From: Cyanobacteriota bacterium
GTDB taxonomy: Bacteria; Cyanobacteriota; Cyanobacteriia; PCC-6307; Cyanobiaceae
NCBI GenBank assembly: GCA_027620015.1
Contig: JAQCGH010000003.1
Location: forward strand, 3,230-67,229
Direction: 5' to 3'
DNA length: 64,000 bases
Every line of letters begins with the position of its first letter. Within the stretch, counting starts at the first letter, position 1. Positions 22,101 to 32,218 of the stretch are shown here, one piece after another. The notes beneath the pieces are model-generated. The model had not been told where the DNA came from. It did not search any database and saw only the letters and a list, made by a program, of their open reading frames with translations. A program made the translations under genes and the position numbers.

Positions 22101-23318
22101 GTGACCCAGGCGACCGAGACCAGCTGGAGTGCCCCGGCCCATGAGGACAGCCTGGCTCGACAACGGGCCTGGGTAGAGGTGAATACCAGCGCCATAAGTG
22201 CCAACGCCCGCAGCCTGAAACGCTGCATAGGCAACGGCACCGAGCTGATGGCTGTGGTCAAGGCCGACGGCTATGGCCATGGATCGATCCCCGTGGCCCG
22301 GGCGGCCCTCGCTGGTGGAGCCAGTCAGTGCGGTGTCGCCACCCTGAGCGAAGGCATCGAGCTACGCAGGGCTGGCGTCGAAGCGCCAATTCTGGTGCTC
22401 GGCAACCTCACCCAGGTAGAGGAGCTGCGCAGCTGTCTGCACTGGCAGCTCATGCCCACCATCAGCGACATGCGCGAAGCCCTGCTCTGCCAAAACCTTG
22501 CCAGCGGCCAAGGCCGCCCGATGGCCCTGCAACTCAAGCTCGACACTGGCATGGCTCGGCTCGGGGCAGATTGGCAGGAGGGGCCCAGACTCGTGGCCGC
22601 GATTACGGAACTGGAAGCCGTGCAGTTGGCCGGTCTCTATTCCCATCTCGCCAGTGCCGATGCAGCAGCAGACGCCGATGACGGGCTCACCGATCAACAG
22701 CAGCGGCTGTTCGAGACGGTGCTGCATGCCCTGGAAAACCAACGCCTGCAGGCTGGCATCCGCCACCTAGCCAACTCGGCCGGCACCCTGCGAAGCCCTG
22801 GGCTGCACTACGACCTAGTGAGAGTCGGCCTGGCGCTCTATGGACACAGTCCAGCGGCCCACCTCAGTTCTGTTACACGCCTGCAGGGAGCGATGACCCT
22901 GCACGCCCGCGTAAGCCTTATTCGGGAGGTGGGCAGCGGGGTAGGCGTGAGCTACGGCCATCGATTCCGCACCACCCGCCCCAGCCGCCTGGCCATTGTT
23001 GGCATTGGCTACGCCGATGGAGTGCCCCGCCAGCTCTCAAACCAGCTTGAAGTGCTTTTTGCAGGCCAACGTCTGCTCCAAGTCGGAGCGATCACCATGG
23101 ACCAACTGGTGCTCGATGCCACTGACTGCCCTGACTTGGCGGTGGGGTCGGTGGTGACTCTGCTGGGCCAGGAGGGAAGCGAACAAATCACTCCCACCGA
23201 CTGGAGCGATCGTTGCCAGACCATCCCCTGGGAAATCCTCTGCGGTTTCAAGAACCGTCTGCCAAGACTCACCGCCGCTCAGGCTGACTGGGCGGGCCCA
23301 GGCGATAGGGCTCACTGA
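22101..23318 (+). CDS. alr: Alanine racemase
   Basis: PLP lysine motif AVVKADGYGHG, KLDTGMARLG, VSYG, GYADG, GAITMDQ. Confidence 0.97.
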   Translation: MTQATETSWSAPAHEDSLARQRAWVEVNTSAISANARSLKRCIGNGTELMAVVKADGYGHGSIPVARAALAGGASQCGVATLSEGIELRRAGVEAPILVLGNLTQVEELRSCLHWQLMPTISDMREALLCQNLASGQGRPMALQLKLDTGMARLGADWQEGPRLVAAITELEAVQLAGLYSHLASADAAADADDGLTDQQQRLFETVLHALENQRLQAGIRHLANSAGTLRSPGLHYDLVRVGLALYGHSPAAHLSSVTRLQGAMTLHARVSLIREVGSGVGVSYGHRFRTTRPSRLAIVGIGYADGVPRQLSNQLEVLFAGQRLLQVGAITMDQLVLDATDCPDLAVGSVVTLLGQEGSEQITPTDWSDRCQTIPWEILCGFKNRLPRLTAAQADWAGPGDRAH

Positions 23319-23336
23319 TAAAGTCATCGGGCCCCT

Positions 23337-23425
23337 GGAGAGGTGGCTGAGTGGTTGAAAGCGGCTCCCTGCTAAGGAGTTACAGGAGGCAACTCTTGTC
23401 GAGGGTTCGAATCCCTCCCTCTCCG
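23337..23425 (+). tRNA. tRNA-Ser (anticodon GCT)
   Basis: GGAGAGG acceptor stem, CTCC-CTGCTAA-GGAG anticodon arm, long variable arm, GGTTCGAATCC. Confidence 0.97.
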
Positions 23426-23442
23426 TTGTTAAGCCCGAATGC

Positions 23443-24390
23443 TTATTTACGACTGGTTGCGACCAGCCTTGTAGCTATCTCGGGTAGGAGTTTGCGATCT
23501 TGGGCGCAGGCCTGGCCCTCGGAGAAAATCACCAGTAGGAACGGCGCAGCTTTTGGCATTGCGCCCTCGGCTGAGGTCTCCACATAGGCAGCATCGTGCC
23601 TGGCCTGGCTCATCCAGCCTGCCTTGCTCCAGAGGCGAGAACCCAGAGGCAAACCCTCACCAATGAAGCCATCTACCTGGTTTTCTGGATCCGCAAGCCT
23701 CTGAGCCGGATCCAGGCTGCGCGCCAGCAGAGCTGCCATCCGGGCACAAGCGGGTGGCGAAACCAGCGCCGAGGCGAGCACTCCCTGCAACAGACGTGCT
23801 ACCGCATCAGTACTGAGGCGATTGCGGTTTCCCAACTCGGTGCCGTAGAAGTCCCGCTCCCGGCCGTAAGGGCCGTCTCCCCAGGTTTTCTGGCAAGCAT
23901 TACAACCCTGCAGCTCCGCCCAGCCAAGTTCATTCAGCCAGCCATTTACAAGCTGCCGCTGCTCCACCCAGTGGTCCATGCGCTTGGGGGTGAGAGAAGC
24001 GCCACTAGTTGTGCCACTCAGCAGATCCACTACTAAGGAGGTGGCGTCATTGCTGGAATCGCGAATCATGTCTGATAGGGCACGCCGCAGCTCGGGCGTA
24101 TTCGCAAGCAAATCAGCCTGCCGCCAGGCCTCAGCCGCCACCAAGTAGACCAGTTTCACCACGCTGGCTGGGTAGCGGGGAAGTTCCCCAGCCCAGCTCG
24201 CCCCCTGCACCGGCTGGGCCCAAAACTCTTCGGGATCAAGATCTGCAGCTCGGCCAATCAAGGGCTGGTCGTAGCGGAGCCAGGTAATCGAGAGGTGCTG
24301 AGCCAGTCCCGGCCGCCCCTCCAGCTCTAAGGACCTCACCAGATCGTCCAGGATCTGAGCCATGGATTGATCGGGGCTGTAAAAAGCCAT
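23443..24390 (-). CDS. Serine hydrolase, class A beta-lactamase/PBP-like fold
   Basis: SxxK (PASVVKL), SSND and KAG motifs. Confidence 0.85.
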   Translation of the reverse strand: MAFYSPDQSMAQILDDLVRSLELEGRPGLAQHLSITWLRYDQPLIGRAADLDPEEFWAQPVQGASWAGELPRYPASVVKLVYLVAAEAWRQADLLANTPELRRALSDMIRDSSNDATSLVVDLLSGTTSGASLTPKRMDHWVEQRQLVNGWLNELGWAELQGCNACQKTWGDGPYGRERDFYGTELGNRNRLSTDAVARLLQGVLASALVSPPACARMAALLARSLDPAQRLADPENQVDGFIGEGLPLGSRLWSKAGWMSQARHDAAYVETSAEGAMPKAAPFLLVIFSEGQACAQDRKLLPEIATRLVATSRK

Positions 24391-24407
24391 CACCGCCGGC
24401 CAACGTA

Positions 24408-25199
24408 GTGGCGAGATTAGCTGTGCTGAAAATAGACAACATCAACCCTGCCCAGCTGGCTGCCGGCAGCCCAGCCGCACCCGAATGGCTAATCGCCGGC
24501 TCAAATTGGCAGCTCACTGGCAGCGTCGATCTCTACAGCCAAGCCCGCGGTGAGGGTCTAGCAAGTCAGGCCTGGCCAGGCCGCCACTTGCAAATCGTGA
24601 CCAGTCCTGCAGTTGATGAGCCCGCAAAGCGTCTGCGGGTACAACTGCTCGACGATGGCTACCCAGGCTGGCTTGAGCCCGATGCCCTACTGGGGCGAGC
24701 AGTGGCCTGCTCCCCGCCCCAGCCGCAACTGCTGCAACGCTGCAGCATTGCCCGCAGGCTGGAGCAGGTGCTGTGTTTCGCGCAGGCCGCCCAGCGCGTA
24801 ACCAACACCTACCTGTGGGGCGGCAGCCTGGGCCCCAACTACGACTGCTCCGGTCTGGTGCAGCGGGCCTATGCCAGCGCTGGCATCTGGATTCCGCGCG
24901 ATGCCTACCTGCAGGAGCGTTTCTGTCAGGCAGTGGCAGTGCTACCAGGGCAGGTGCAGTTGCTTGAACCTGGCGACCTAATCTTTTTTGGTAGACCTCA
25001 GCGCTGCAGCCACGTGGGACTGCACCTTGGTGGCGGGCGCTATTTGCACAGCTCCGGCGTCACCCATGGCCGAAACGGCATCGGCATCGACGACCTAGCG
25101 CCCCACAACCCCGACCCGGTTGCTCTCCACTACCTGCTGGAACTGCGAGGAGCGGGGAGGGTAATGCACAGCCATAACGGCAGACCTTTACCCTTCTAG
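24408..25199 (+). CDS. NlpC/P60 (C40) peptidase
   Basis: YLWGG...DCSGLVQ, PGDLIFFG, SHVGL, LHSSG. Start uncertain (GTG 24408 or 24423). Confidence 0.88.
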   Translation: MARLAVLKIDNINPAQLAAGSPAAPEWLIAGSNWQLTGSVDLYSQARGEGLASQAWPGRHLQIVTSPAVDEPAKRLRVQLLDDGYPGWLEPDALLGRAVACSPPQPQLLQRCSIARRLEQVLCFAQAAQRVTNTYLWGGSLGPNYDCSGLVQRAYASAGIWIPRDAYLQERFCQAVAVLPGQVQLLEPGDLIFFGRPQRCSHVGLHLGGGRYLHSSGVTHGRNGIGIDDLAPHNPDPVALHYLLELRGAGRVMHSHNGRPLPF

Positions 25200-25225
25200 G
25201 GTCGACACTAAGTGCCGACAAAAAC

Positions 25226-26200
25226 ATGCAGCGAACGGGGGAAGGCCAGGCCGAGCTTTCCGTAGTGGTGCCTCTCTACAACGAGGAAGAGAGCCTGCCC
25301 CAATTGGTGGAGCAGTTGCTGGTGGCCCTACGGCCGCTGCAGCTGGGCTTTGAGTTGGTGCTAGTAGACGACGGATCCAGGGACGGCACAGCGAGAACAC
25401 TCAACCAGCTGGCCACCACAGTTCCTGAGCTGGTAGCGGTGCTCCTTCGCCGCAACTACGGCCAGACCGCAGCCATGGCGGCCGGTTTTGACGCCAGCGG
25501 CGGTGCTGTGATCGTGACCCTCGACGGCGATCTGCAGAACGACCCTGCCGATATCCCCATACTGCTGGCCGAACTCGACCAAGGCTTCGACCTGGTGAGC
25601 GGCTGGCGCCACCAGCGACAGGATGCCCCAATGCAACGGCTGCTGCCAAGCCGCATCGCTAACAGCCTGATTGCCCGGGTCACCGGGGTGCGACTCCACG
25701 ACTATGGCTGCTCCCTCAAGGCTTACCGGCGAGAGGTAGTGAGTGACCTCAACCTCTACGGCGAACTGCACCGCTTCCTGCCTGCCCTTGCCTTCATAGA
25801 AGGCGCCCGGATCAGCGAGGTGAAGGTAAACCACCATCCCCGTCGCTATGGGGAGAGCAAATACGGGCTCGACCGCACCTTTCGGGTGCTGATGGACCTG
25901 CTGACGGTCTGGTTCATGAAGCGCTTTCTAACCAGGCCGATGCACGTCTTCGGCTTCGGCGGCCTGGCCGGCATGGGCGCAGGTCTGCTTATCGGCATCT
26001 GGCTTCTAGGCGAAAAACTACTGCTTGGCGCAGACATCGGTGATCGCCCCCTGCTGCTGATGGCCCTACTTAGCTTCCTGACGGGGGTGCAGCTCTTCTG
26101 TTTTGGACTGCTGGCCGAACTTCAGATGCGCACTTACCACGAAAGTCAGGGACGACCGATCTACCGGGTGCGCGGCATCGTGCGCGGATCCGACAGCTGA
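25226..26200 (+). CDS. GT2 glycosyltransferase (DPM/ArnC-like polyprenol-phosphate glycosyltransferase)
   Basis: VVPLYNEE, VDDGSRD, RNYGQTAA, DGDLQNDP, two C-terminal TM helices. Confidence 0.92.
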   Translation: MQRTGEGQAELSVVVPLYNEEESLPQLVEQLLVALRPLQLGFELVLVDDGSRDGTARTLNQLATTVPELVAVLLRRNYGQTAAMAAGFDASGGAVIVTLDGDLQNDPADIPILLAELDQGFDLVSGWRHQRQDAPMQRLLPSRIANSLIARVTGVRLHDYGCSLKAYRREVVSDLNLYGELHRFLPALAFIEGARISEVKVNHHPRRYGESKYGLDRTFRVLMDLLTVWFMKRFLTRPMHVFGFGGLAGMGAGLLIGIWLLGEKLLLGADIGDRPLLLMALLSFLTGVQLFCFGLLAELQMRTYHESQGRPIYRVRGIVRGSDS

Positions 26201-26303
26201 AAGGCTAGGCAAAGGGATTGAATTTTTATGTCGCCCTAGCCTGCCCCGCAAGCCGCCTCGGATGGTCTTCGTAGAGTATTAACGGTTGCTATTGGCCCAA
26301 GCC

Positions 26304-26420
26304 ATGACTGGAGAATTTGCTGCCGCCTGGTTGCCCTCGGTATTCGTACCACTTGTTGGAATCCTCGGCCCAGCCGTGGCCATGGCCCTGCTATTCAACG
26401 TGATCGAAGCCCGCGACTGA
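26304..26420 (+). CDS. psaI: Photosystem I subunit VIII (not in the ORF track)
   Basis: Manual translation [38 protein letters not shown], directly upstream of psaL. Confidence 0.96.
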   Translation: MTGEFAAAWLPSVFVPLVGILGPAVAMALLFNVIEARD

Positions 26421-26466
26421 GCCCGACCCAAGCCGTCGCTCAGCCTCACCGCATACCCCCGCCACC

Positions 26467-26958
26467 ATGACCGTGACTCCCGTGGCCGACCCCTGCGTCG
26501 GCAATCTGGCAACCCCCGTAAACAGCAGCTATTTCAGCCGGGCCTTCTTGAATGCCCTGCCCGCCTACCGCCCCTCCCTATCTCCGAACCGTCGTGGTTT
26601 GGAAGTGGGGATGGCCCATGGCTTCTTTCTTTACGGACCCTTCACCGTCTGTGGGCCCCTGCGGCTCACCGAGTACGCCAGCACAGCTGGCTTGCTCGCC
26701 ACGATCGGACTGGTGTCGATTTTGACAGTCTGTCTCTCGATCTATGGCACCGCTGGCAATGGACCAAACATCCAGCCGACTGACGCCACCATCGACAACC
26801 CGCCCGCAGACATGTTCACCAAAGCTGGCTGGGCTGAATTTGCCAGTGGTTTCTGGCTGGGTGGCTGCGGCGGCGCCGCCTTTGCCTGGTTCCTGGCCGG
26901 TACCACAATCGTTGCCCCGCTAGTCAAAATCGCCGGCGGCGTCTGGAGCGTCAACTAA
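26467..26958 (+). CDS. psaL: Photosystem I subunit XI
   Basis: [10 protein letters not shown]...LPAYR...[11 protein letters not shown]...GPLR...FWLGGCGG. Confidence 0.98.
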   Translation: MTVTPVADPCVGNLATPVNSSYFSRAFLNALPAYRPSLSPNRRGLEVGMAHGFFLYGPFTVCGPLRLTEYASTAGLLATIGLVSILTVCLSIYGTAGNGPNIQPTDATIDNPPADMFTKAGWAEFASGFWLGGCGGAAFAWFLAGTTIVAPLVKIAGGVWSVN

Positions 26959-26985
26959 ACCCCAAGTGGTTTTCCCATCACCTGC

Positions 26986-27011
26986 AAGCTCCGCCAAGGC
27001 GGAGCTTTTTT
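26986..27011 (+). terminator. psaI-psaL terminator
   Basis: AAGCTCCGCC-AA-GGCGGAGCTT followed by a T run. Confidence 0.85.
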
Positions 27012-27145
27012 ATTGAGGTGATCTATTTAAAGCAGCACAATAGACAGTGGCCATAAGGCCCCAAACCAAGCCGGACCTCTCGGAAGAAGATGTATCCCCA
27101 GGGGGGGGAGCCGAATGGCAGGGGAACCGGCAATTAATGGGTAAT

Positions 27146-27174
27146 AAAAAACCCCGGCTCACGCCAGGGTTATT
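27146..27174 (-). terminator. psaA-psaB terminator
   Basis: Minus strand reads AACCCTGGC-GTGA-GCCGGGGTT followed by TTTT. Confidence 0.8.
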
Positions 27175-27203
27175 CGTCCCTCGAGAAAACAAGTCGACCG
27201 CAG

Positions 27204-29411
27204 TTAGCCGAACTTGCCTGAGGTAGAAGCAATCAGGAATGCTGCATATGTGAGTATGTAGCCAATCGTGAAGTGAGCAAGACCCACAACACGAGCCTGG
27301 ACGATCGATAGAGCGACAGGCTTATCGCGCCAGCCAACAAGGTTGGCAAGGGGAGTGCGCTGATGCGCCCAGACGATGGTCTCGATGAGTTCCTGCCAAT
27401 AGCCGCGCCAGGAGATCAGGAACATGAAACCAGTGGCCCACACCAGGTGACCGAACAGGAACATCCAAGCCCAAACGGCCAGGTTGTTGCTGCCCAACGG
27501 GTTGTAACCGTTAATCAGCTGGGAGGAGTTAAGCCAAAGATAATCACGCAACCAACCCATTAGGTAGGTACTGGATTCGTTGAACTGAGCCACGTTGCCC
27601 TGCCAGATGGCGAGGTGCTTCCAGTGCCAGTAGAAGGTGACCCAACCGACGGTATTCAGGGCCCAGAAGACGCTCAGATAGAACGAGTCCCATGCACTGA
27701 TATCGCAGGTACCACCACGACCGGGGCCGTCGCAGGGGAACGAATAGCCGAAGTCCTTTTTATCAGGCATCAGCTTGGAACCCCGGGCATCCAGTGCACC
27801 CTTCACCAGAATCAGAGTCGTGGTGTGCAGACCAAGCGCAATGGCGTGGTGAACAAGGAAGTCACCAGGTCCGATCTGCAGGAATAGGTCGTTGCCACCA
27901 TTGATGGCGTCGATCCAACCGGGCAGATAAACAGCACTGGCGTTGCTAGCTGCGGATGCGGAATTGGATAGAAGTACATCCATGCCGTACATCGCCTTGC
28001 CGGAAGCGGCCTGAACGAATTGGGCGAAGACGGGCTCTACCAAGATCTGCTTCTCTGGAGTACCAAAGGCCACGACTACGTCGTTGTGGACGTAAAGACC
28101 CAGAGTGTGGAAGCCAAGGAACAAGGAGACCCAGCTCAGGTGACTGATTAAGGCTTCCTTGTGCTCGAGCATCCGTGCCAACACGTTGTCCTTGTTGGCT
28201 TCCGGGTCGTAGTCGCGGATGAAGAAGATCGCACCGTGGGCGAATGCACCACACATCAGGAAGATGGCGATGTATTGATGGTGGGTATAAAGCGCAGCCT
28301 GCGTTGTGTAGTCCTTAGCGATAAACGCGTAGGACGGCATCGCATACATATGCTGAGCCACCAGGCTGGTGACCACACCTAGAGCCGCCAAAGCCAGACC
28401 TAGCTGGAAGTGGAGCGAATTGTTGATCGTGTCGTAGAGGCCCTTGTGGCCAGCACCGAGGTCACCAGGGGTGCCCTTAGGTGGGTTGTGGGCTTCCAGA
28501 ATCTCGCGAATCGAGTGGCCGATACCGAAGTTTGTCCGGTACATGTGGCCAGCGATCACAAAGATGCAACCGATCGCCAAGTGGTGGTGGGCAATGTCCG
28601 TAAGCCAAAGGGCTTCCGTTTGGGGTTGGAAACCACCCAGGAAGGTAAGGATCGCGGTACCAGAACCCTCAGCAGTGCCGAACTGTTGATAAACGGTGTC
28701 TGGATTCTGGGCGTAGACACCCCAGTTGCCGGTGAAGAACGGAGCCAAACCAGCGGGGTGAGGCAGCACTGAGAGGAAGTTGTCCCACCCAACGTGCTGA
28801 CCACGGGCCTCAGGAATCGCCACGTGAACCAGGTGACCAGTCCAGGCGATCGAGCTGAAACCAAACAGAACCGCCAGGTGGTGATTTAGCCGGGATTCAG
28901 CGTTCTTGAACCAGGCCAGGGAAGGCCGGAACTTGGGCTGAAGATGAAGCCAACCTGCGAACAGCGCCCAAGCAGACAGGATCATCATGAAGATGGAACC
29001 CTGATAAAGCTCAGCGTTGGTGGTCATACCGATCGTGTACCACCAGTGGTACAGACCTGAATAAGCAATGTTCACAGGGGAGGTAGCGCCAGCCTGGGTG
29101 AAGGCTGCGATGGCTCCCTGGCCGAAGTGGGGATCCCAGATCGCGTGAGCGATGGGACGTACATGCAGAGGATCGGCGACCCACTGCTCAAAGTTGCCCT
29201 GCCAGGCGATATGGAACAGGTTGCCCGAAACCCAGAGGCCAATGATGGCCAAGTGGCCGAAATGGGTGGAGAACAGCTTTTGGTAAAGCCGCTCCTCGGT
29301 CATGCCGTCGTGGCTCTCGAAATCGTGAGCCGTGGCGATGCCGTACCAAATCCGGCGGGTTGTCGGGTCCTGTGCCAGACCCTGGCTGAACGAAGGAAAT
29401 TTCGTTGCCAT
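27204..29411 (-). CDS. psaB: Photosystem I P700 apoprotein A2 (735 aa)
   Basis: [22 protein letters not shown] start at 29411; FX motif [13 protein letters not shown]. Confidence 0.99.
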   Translation of the reverse strand: MATKFPSFSQGLAQDPTTRRIWYGIATAHDFESHDGMTEERLYQKLFSTHFGHLAIIGLWVSGNLFHIAWQGNFEQWVADPLHVRPIAHAIWDPHFGQGAIAAFTQAGATSPVNIAYSGLYHWWYTIGMTTNAELYQGSIFMMILSAWALFAGWLHLQPKFRPSLAWFKNAESRLNHHLAVLFGFSSIAWTGHLVHVAIPEARGQHVGWDNFLSVLPHPAGLAPFFTGNWGVYAQNPDTVYQQFGTAEGSGTAILTFLGGFQPQTEALWLTDIAHHHLAIGCIFVIAGHMYRTNFGIGHSIREILEAHNPPKGTPGDLGAGHKGLYDTINNSLHFQLGLALAALGVVTSLVAQHMYAMPSYAFIAKDYTTQAALYTHHQYIAIFLMCGAFAHGAIFFIRDYDPEANKDNVLARMLEHKEALISHLSWVSLFLGFHTLGLYVHNDVVVAFGTPEKQILVEPVFAQFVQAASGKAMYGMDVLLSNSASAASNASAVYLPGWIDAINGGNDLFLQIGPGDFLVHHAIALGLHTTTLILVKGALDARGSKLMPDKKDFGYSFPCDGPGRGGTCDISAWDSFYLSVFWALNTVGWVTFYWHWKHLAIWQGNVAQFNESSTYLMGWLRDYLWLNSSQLINGYNPLGSNNLAVWAWMFLFGHLVWATGFMFLISWRGYWQELIETIVWAHQRTPLANLVGWRDKPVALSIVQARVVGLAHFTIGYILTYAAFLIASTSGKFG

Positions 29412-29431
29412 TGGGATGAGATCAGAAAAGG

Positions 29432-31735
29432 TCAGCCGACCGCGACGATGCGGGCCAGGAAGAATGCCCAGGTTGTTGCAATACCGCCCAGCAAATAGTG
29501 AGCGACACCGACAGCACGGCCCTGGGTAATGGAAAGCGCCCGCGGTTGGATGGCGGGTGCAACCCTCAGCTTGTTGTGAGCCCAGACGATGGACTCGATC
29601 AGCTCTTGCCAGTAGCCGCGGCCACTGAACAGGAACATCAGGCTGAAGGCCCAGATAAAGTGAGCTCCAAGGAACATCAAGCCATAAGCACTGGAACTCG
29701 AGCCGTAGCTGTTGATCACCTGTGCGGCTTGGGCCCAGAGGAAGTCCCGCAGCCAACCATTAATAGTGATGGCGCTTTGGGCAAAGTTGCCGTTGGTGAT
29801 GTGCTGGACGCTGCCATCAGCGTTGACGGTGCCCCACACGTCGCTCTGCATCTTCCAGGAGAAGTGGAAAATGACGATCGACAGGGAGTTGTACATCCAG
29901 AACAGGCCAAGGAACACATGGTCCCAAGCCGACACCTGGCAGGTACCGCCACGGCCAGGGCCGTCGCAGGGGAAGCGGAAGCCCAGGCTCGCCTTATCCG
30001 GAACAAGTCGGGAGCTACGCGCATACAACACACCCTTCAGCAAGATCAGCACGGTGACGTGGATCGTGAAGGCGTGGATGTGGTGAACCATGAAATCGGC
30101 CGTTCCTAAAGGAATCGGACCAGCAGCTACCTTGCCGCCCACCGCTACAACGGTGCCGTTGAACACTTCGCTCACACTCGCGAGGGCGTTGGGCGCAGTG
30201 CTACCTGCAGCGGCAGCGTGCAAACCCTGAATCCATTGTGCAAAGACAGGCTTCAGGGCAATGGCGGAGTCGCTGAACATGTCCTGGGGACGACCCAGGG
30301 CACTCATCGTGTCGTTGTGGATATAAAGGCCAAAGCTGTGGAAGCCAAGCCAGATGCACACCCAGTTGAGGTGGCTGATCAGAGCATCACGAGCCTTGAG
30401 CACACGGTCCAGCACGTTATCGACGTGCTTGGCGGGGTCATAATCGCGAATCATCGCAATAGCGGCGTGCGCACCAGCACCCACAACTAAGAAACCACCA
30501 ATCCACATGTGATGGGTGAAGATCGACAGCTGGGTGGGGTAATCAATCCCGATATAGGGATAGGGAGGCATCGCATACATGTGCTGAGCAACAATGATGC
30601 TCAGCGAACCGAGCATCGCCAGGTTCACAGCCAGTTGGGCGTGCCAGCTGGTGGTCATGAACTCGAAGAGTCCGTCATGACCATTAGGAGCGGGGAACAG
30701 CAGGGGATCACCCTTCTGGCCCTGAAGAATCTCCTTGATGCTGTGACCAATGCCCCAATTAGTGCGATACATGTGGCCGGCCACGATGAACAACACAGCT
30801 ATCGCCAAGTGGTGATGGGCGATGTCGGTCATCCAGAGGCTGCCGGTCACAGGATTCAACCCACCTTTAAAGGTTAGGAAATCGCTGTAGGCGGCCCAGT
30901 TACCCGTGAAGAAGGCTGAAACGCCAGCCCCGAAACCGGGGAATATCTGGGCGATCACGTCCTGGTTCAGGAACTCGTGGGGCAGCGGAATGTCGGCGTA
31001 AGTGGCGATGGTTTTGCCATTAAGCGCCAGCGGCTGGCCGGCGTCGATGGCATCCATCAGCGCGGTGGTGGGCAGGGACACATGCAGCAGGTGTCCTGTC
31101 CAGGAGAGAGATCCCAGACCGAGCAAGCCGGCCAGATGGTGGTTGAGCATCGACTCAACGTTCTGGAACCACTCGAGCTTTGGAGCCGCCTTGTGGTAAT
31201 GGAAGACCCCGGCGTTGAGCATCAAGCCGGCCATCACCAATGCACCAATGGCCAAGGCCATCAGCTGGGTTTCATTGGTAATGCCCCAAGCCCTCCATAC
31301 ATGGAAGAGGCCGGAGGTGATTTGAATGCCGTGGAACCCGGCACCCATGTCTCCATTAAGAATTTCCTGGCCGAAAATGGGCCACACCACCTGCGCCGAA
31401 GGCTTGACGTGCAGTGGATCGGTCAACCAACCGGTGTAGTTGGAGAAGCGCGCTCCGTGGAAGAAGGCGCCACTCAGCCAGATAAAGATGACGGCCAGAT
31501 GGCCGAAGTGAGCTGAAAAGATCTTGCGAGAGACCTCTTCAAGGTCACTCGTGTGACTGTCGAAATCGTGAGCATTGGCGTGGAGGTTCCAAACCCAGGT
31601 GGTGGTTTTGGGACCTTTGGCAAGGCTGCGATCGAAATGGCCGGGCTTGCCGAACAGTTCGAAGGTGGCCGGAACTGGGTTCCGGTCGACCATGGCCTTG
31701 GCCTTTTCCCCACGCTCTGGTGGGCTGATGGTCAT
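29432..31735 (-). CDS. psaA: Photosystem I P700 apoprotein A1 (767 aa)
   Basis: [13 protein letters not shown] start at 31735; FX motif [13 protein letters not shown]. Confidence 0.99.
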   Translation of the reverse strand: MTISPPERGEKAKAMVDRNPVPATFELFGKPGHFDRSLAKGPKTTTWVWNLHANAHDFDSHTSDLEEVSRKIFSAHFGHLAVIFIWLSGAFFHGARFSNYTGWLTDPLHVKPSAQVVWPIFGQEILNGDMGAGFHGIQITSGLFHVWRAWGITNETQLMALAIGALVMAGLMLNAGVFHYHKAAPKLEWFQNVESMLNHHLAGLLGLGSLSWTGHLLHVSLPTTALMDAIDAGQPLALNGKTIATYADIPLPHEFLNQDVIAQIFPGFGAGVSAFFTGNWAAYSDFLTFKGGLNPVTGSLWMTDIAHHHLAIAVLFIVAGHMYRTNWGIGHSIKEILQGQKGDPLLFPAPNGHDGLFEFMTTSWHAQLAVNLAMLGSLSIIVAQHMYAMPPYPYIGIDYPTQLSIFTHHMWIGGFLVVGAGAHAAIAMIRDYDPAKHVDNVLDRVLKARDALISHLNWVCIWLGFHSFGLYIHNDTMSALGRPQDMFSDSAIALKPVFAQWIQGLHAAAAGSTAPNALASVSEVFNGTVVAVGGKVAAGPIPLGTADFMVHHIHAFTIHVTVLILLKGVLYARSSRLVPDKASLGFRFPCDGPGRGGTCQVSAWDHVFLGLFWMYNSLSIVIFHFSWKMQSDVWGTVNADGSVQHITNGNFAQSAITINGWLRDFLWAQAAQVINSYGSSSSAYGLMFLGAHFIWAFSLMFLFSGRGYWQELIESIVWAHNKLRVAPAIQPRALSITQGRAVGVAHYLLGGIATTWAFFLARIVAVG

Positions 31736-31934
31736 CGAGACGTTCCTCGAGGGAGACGGGATCGAGGTGGTGGGTTCACCCCTGAAGCAAGCCGGAGAGC
31801 CTGCCATTGGGCCCCATGAACGAAAGGCGGCCGAGACCACCAGGCATTCATGGGCTCCAGCCGGGAAGGGGGTCCGCGAAAACGCGAAACCACTTGCCAC
31901 AACTGGGGCTTTGGGCCCCAATTAGGGGACCGCT
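31736..31934 (-). promoter_or_regulatory. Structured psaA 5' UTR (candidate psaA RNA motif)
   Basis: TATACT -10 at 31946-31941 implies a leader of about 200 nt. Stems GCCCATGAA/TTCATGGGGC and CCTCGA/TCGAGG; the latter covers the GAGG Shine-Dalgarno-like sequence. Confidence 0.55.
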
Positions 31935-32218
31935 CGCCGAAGTATAGGGGTAGTTTCCGAGAGGATTTGGCTTGCAGTTACAAAGGTTCAATCCCTGTGC
32001 TTCCCAGACCAGCACAGGGCTTTACATAACAAAAAGAATCATCAGCTTTACACATCTTGAAGGTGGTTTTTTATTATTTAGCCCGCATCAAAAACAGACT
32101 TCTCCCGCTTCCGTTGTGTCCCCTGGGCGGCACCAGCCAGCAGAATGCGAAAACTACAAATGAGCAACCCAGCGTGGGCGCAGGCAGCGCAACCCATAAG
32201 GCTTCCCCGTGTCGCCCC

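Noticed and set aside
27204-31921. ORF-track psaB (850 aa) and psaA (829 aa) with long N-terminal extensions
   Set aside because: The canonical starts MATKFP (29411) and MTISPP (31735) are present. The extensions are in-frame run-ons through psaA and the psaA leader. The same applies to rplC, rplV, rpsC, rplX, rpsM, rpsL, gltB and psbA.
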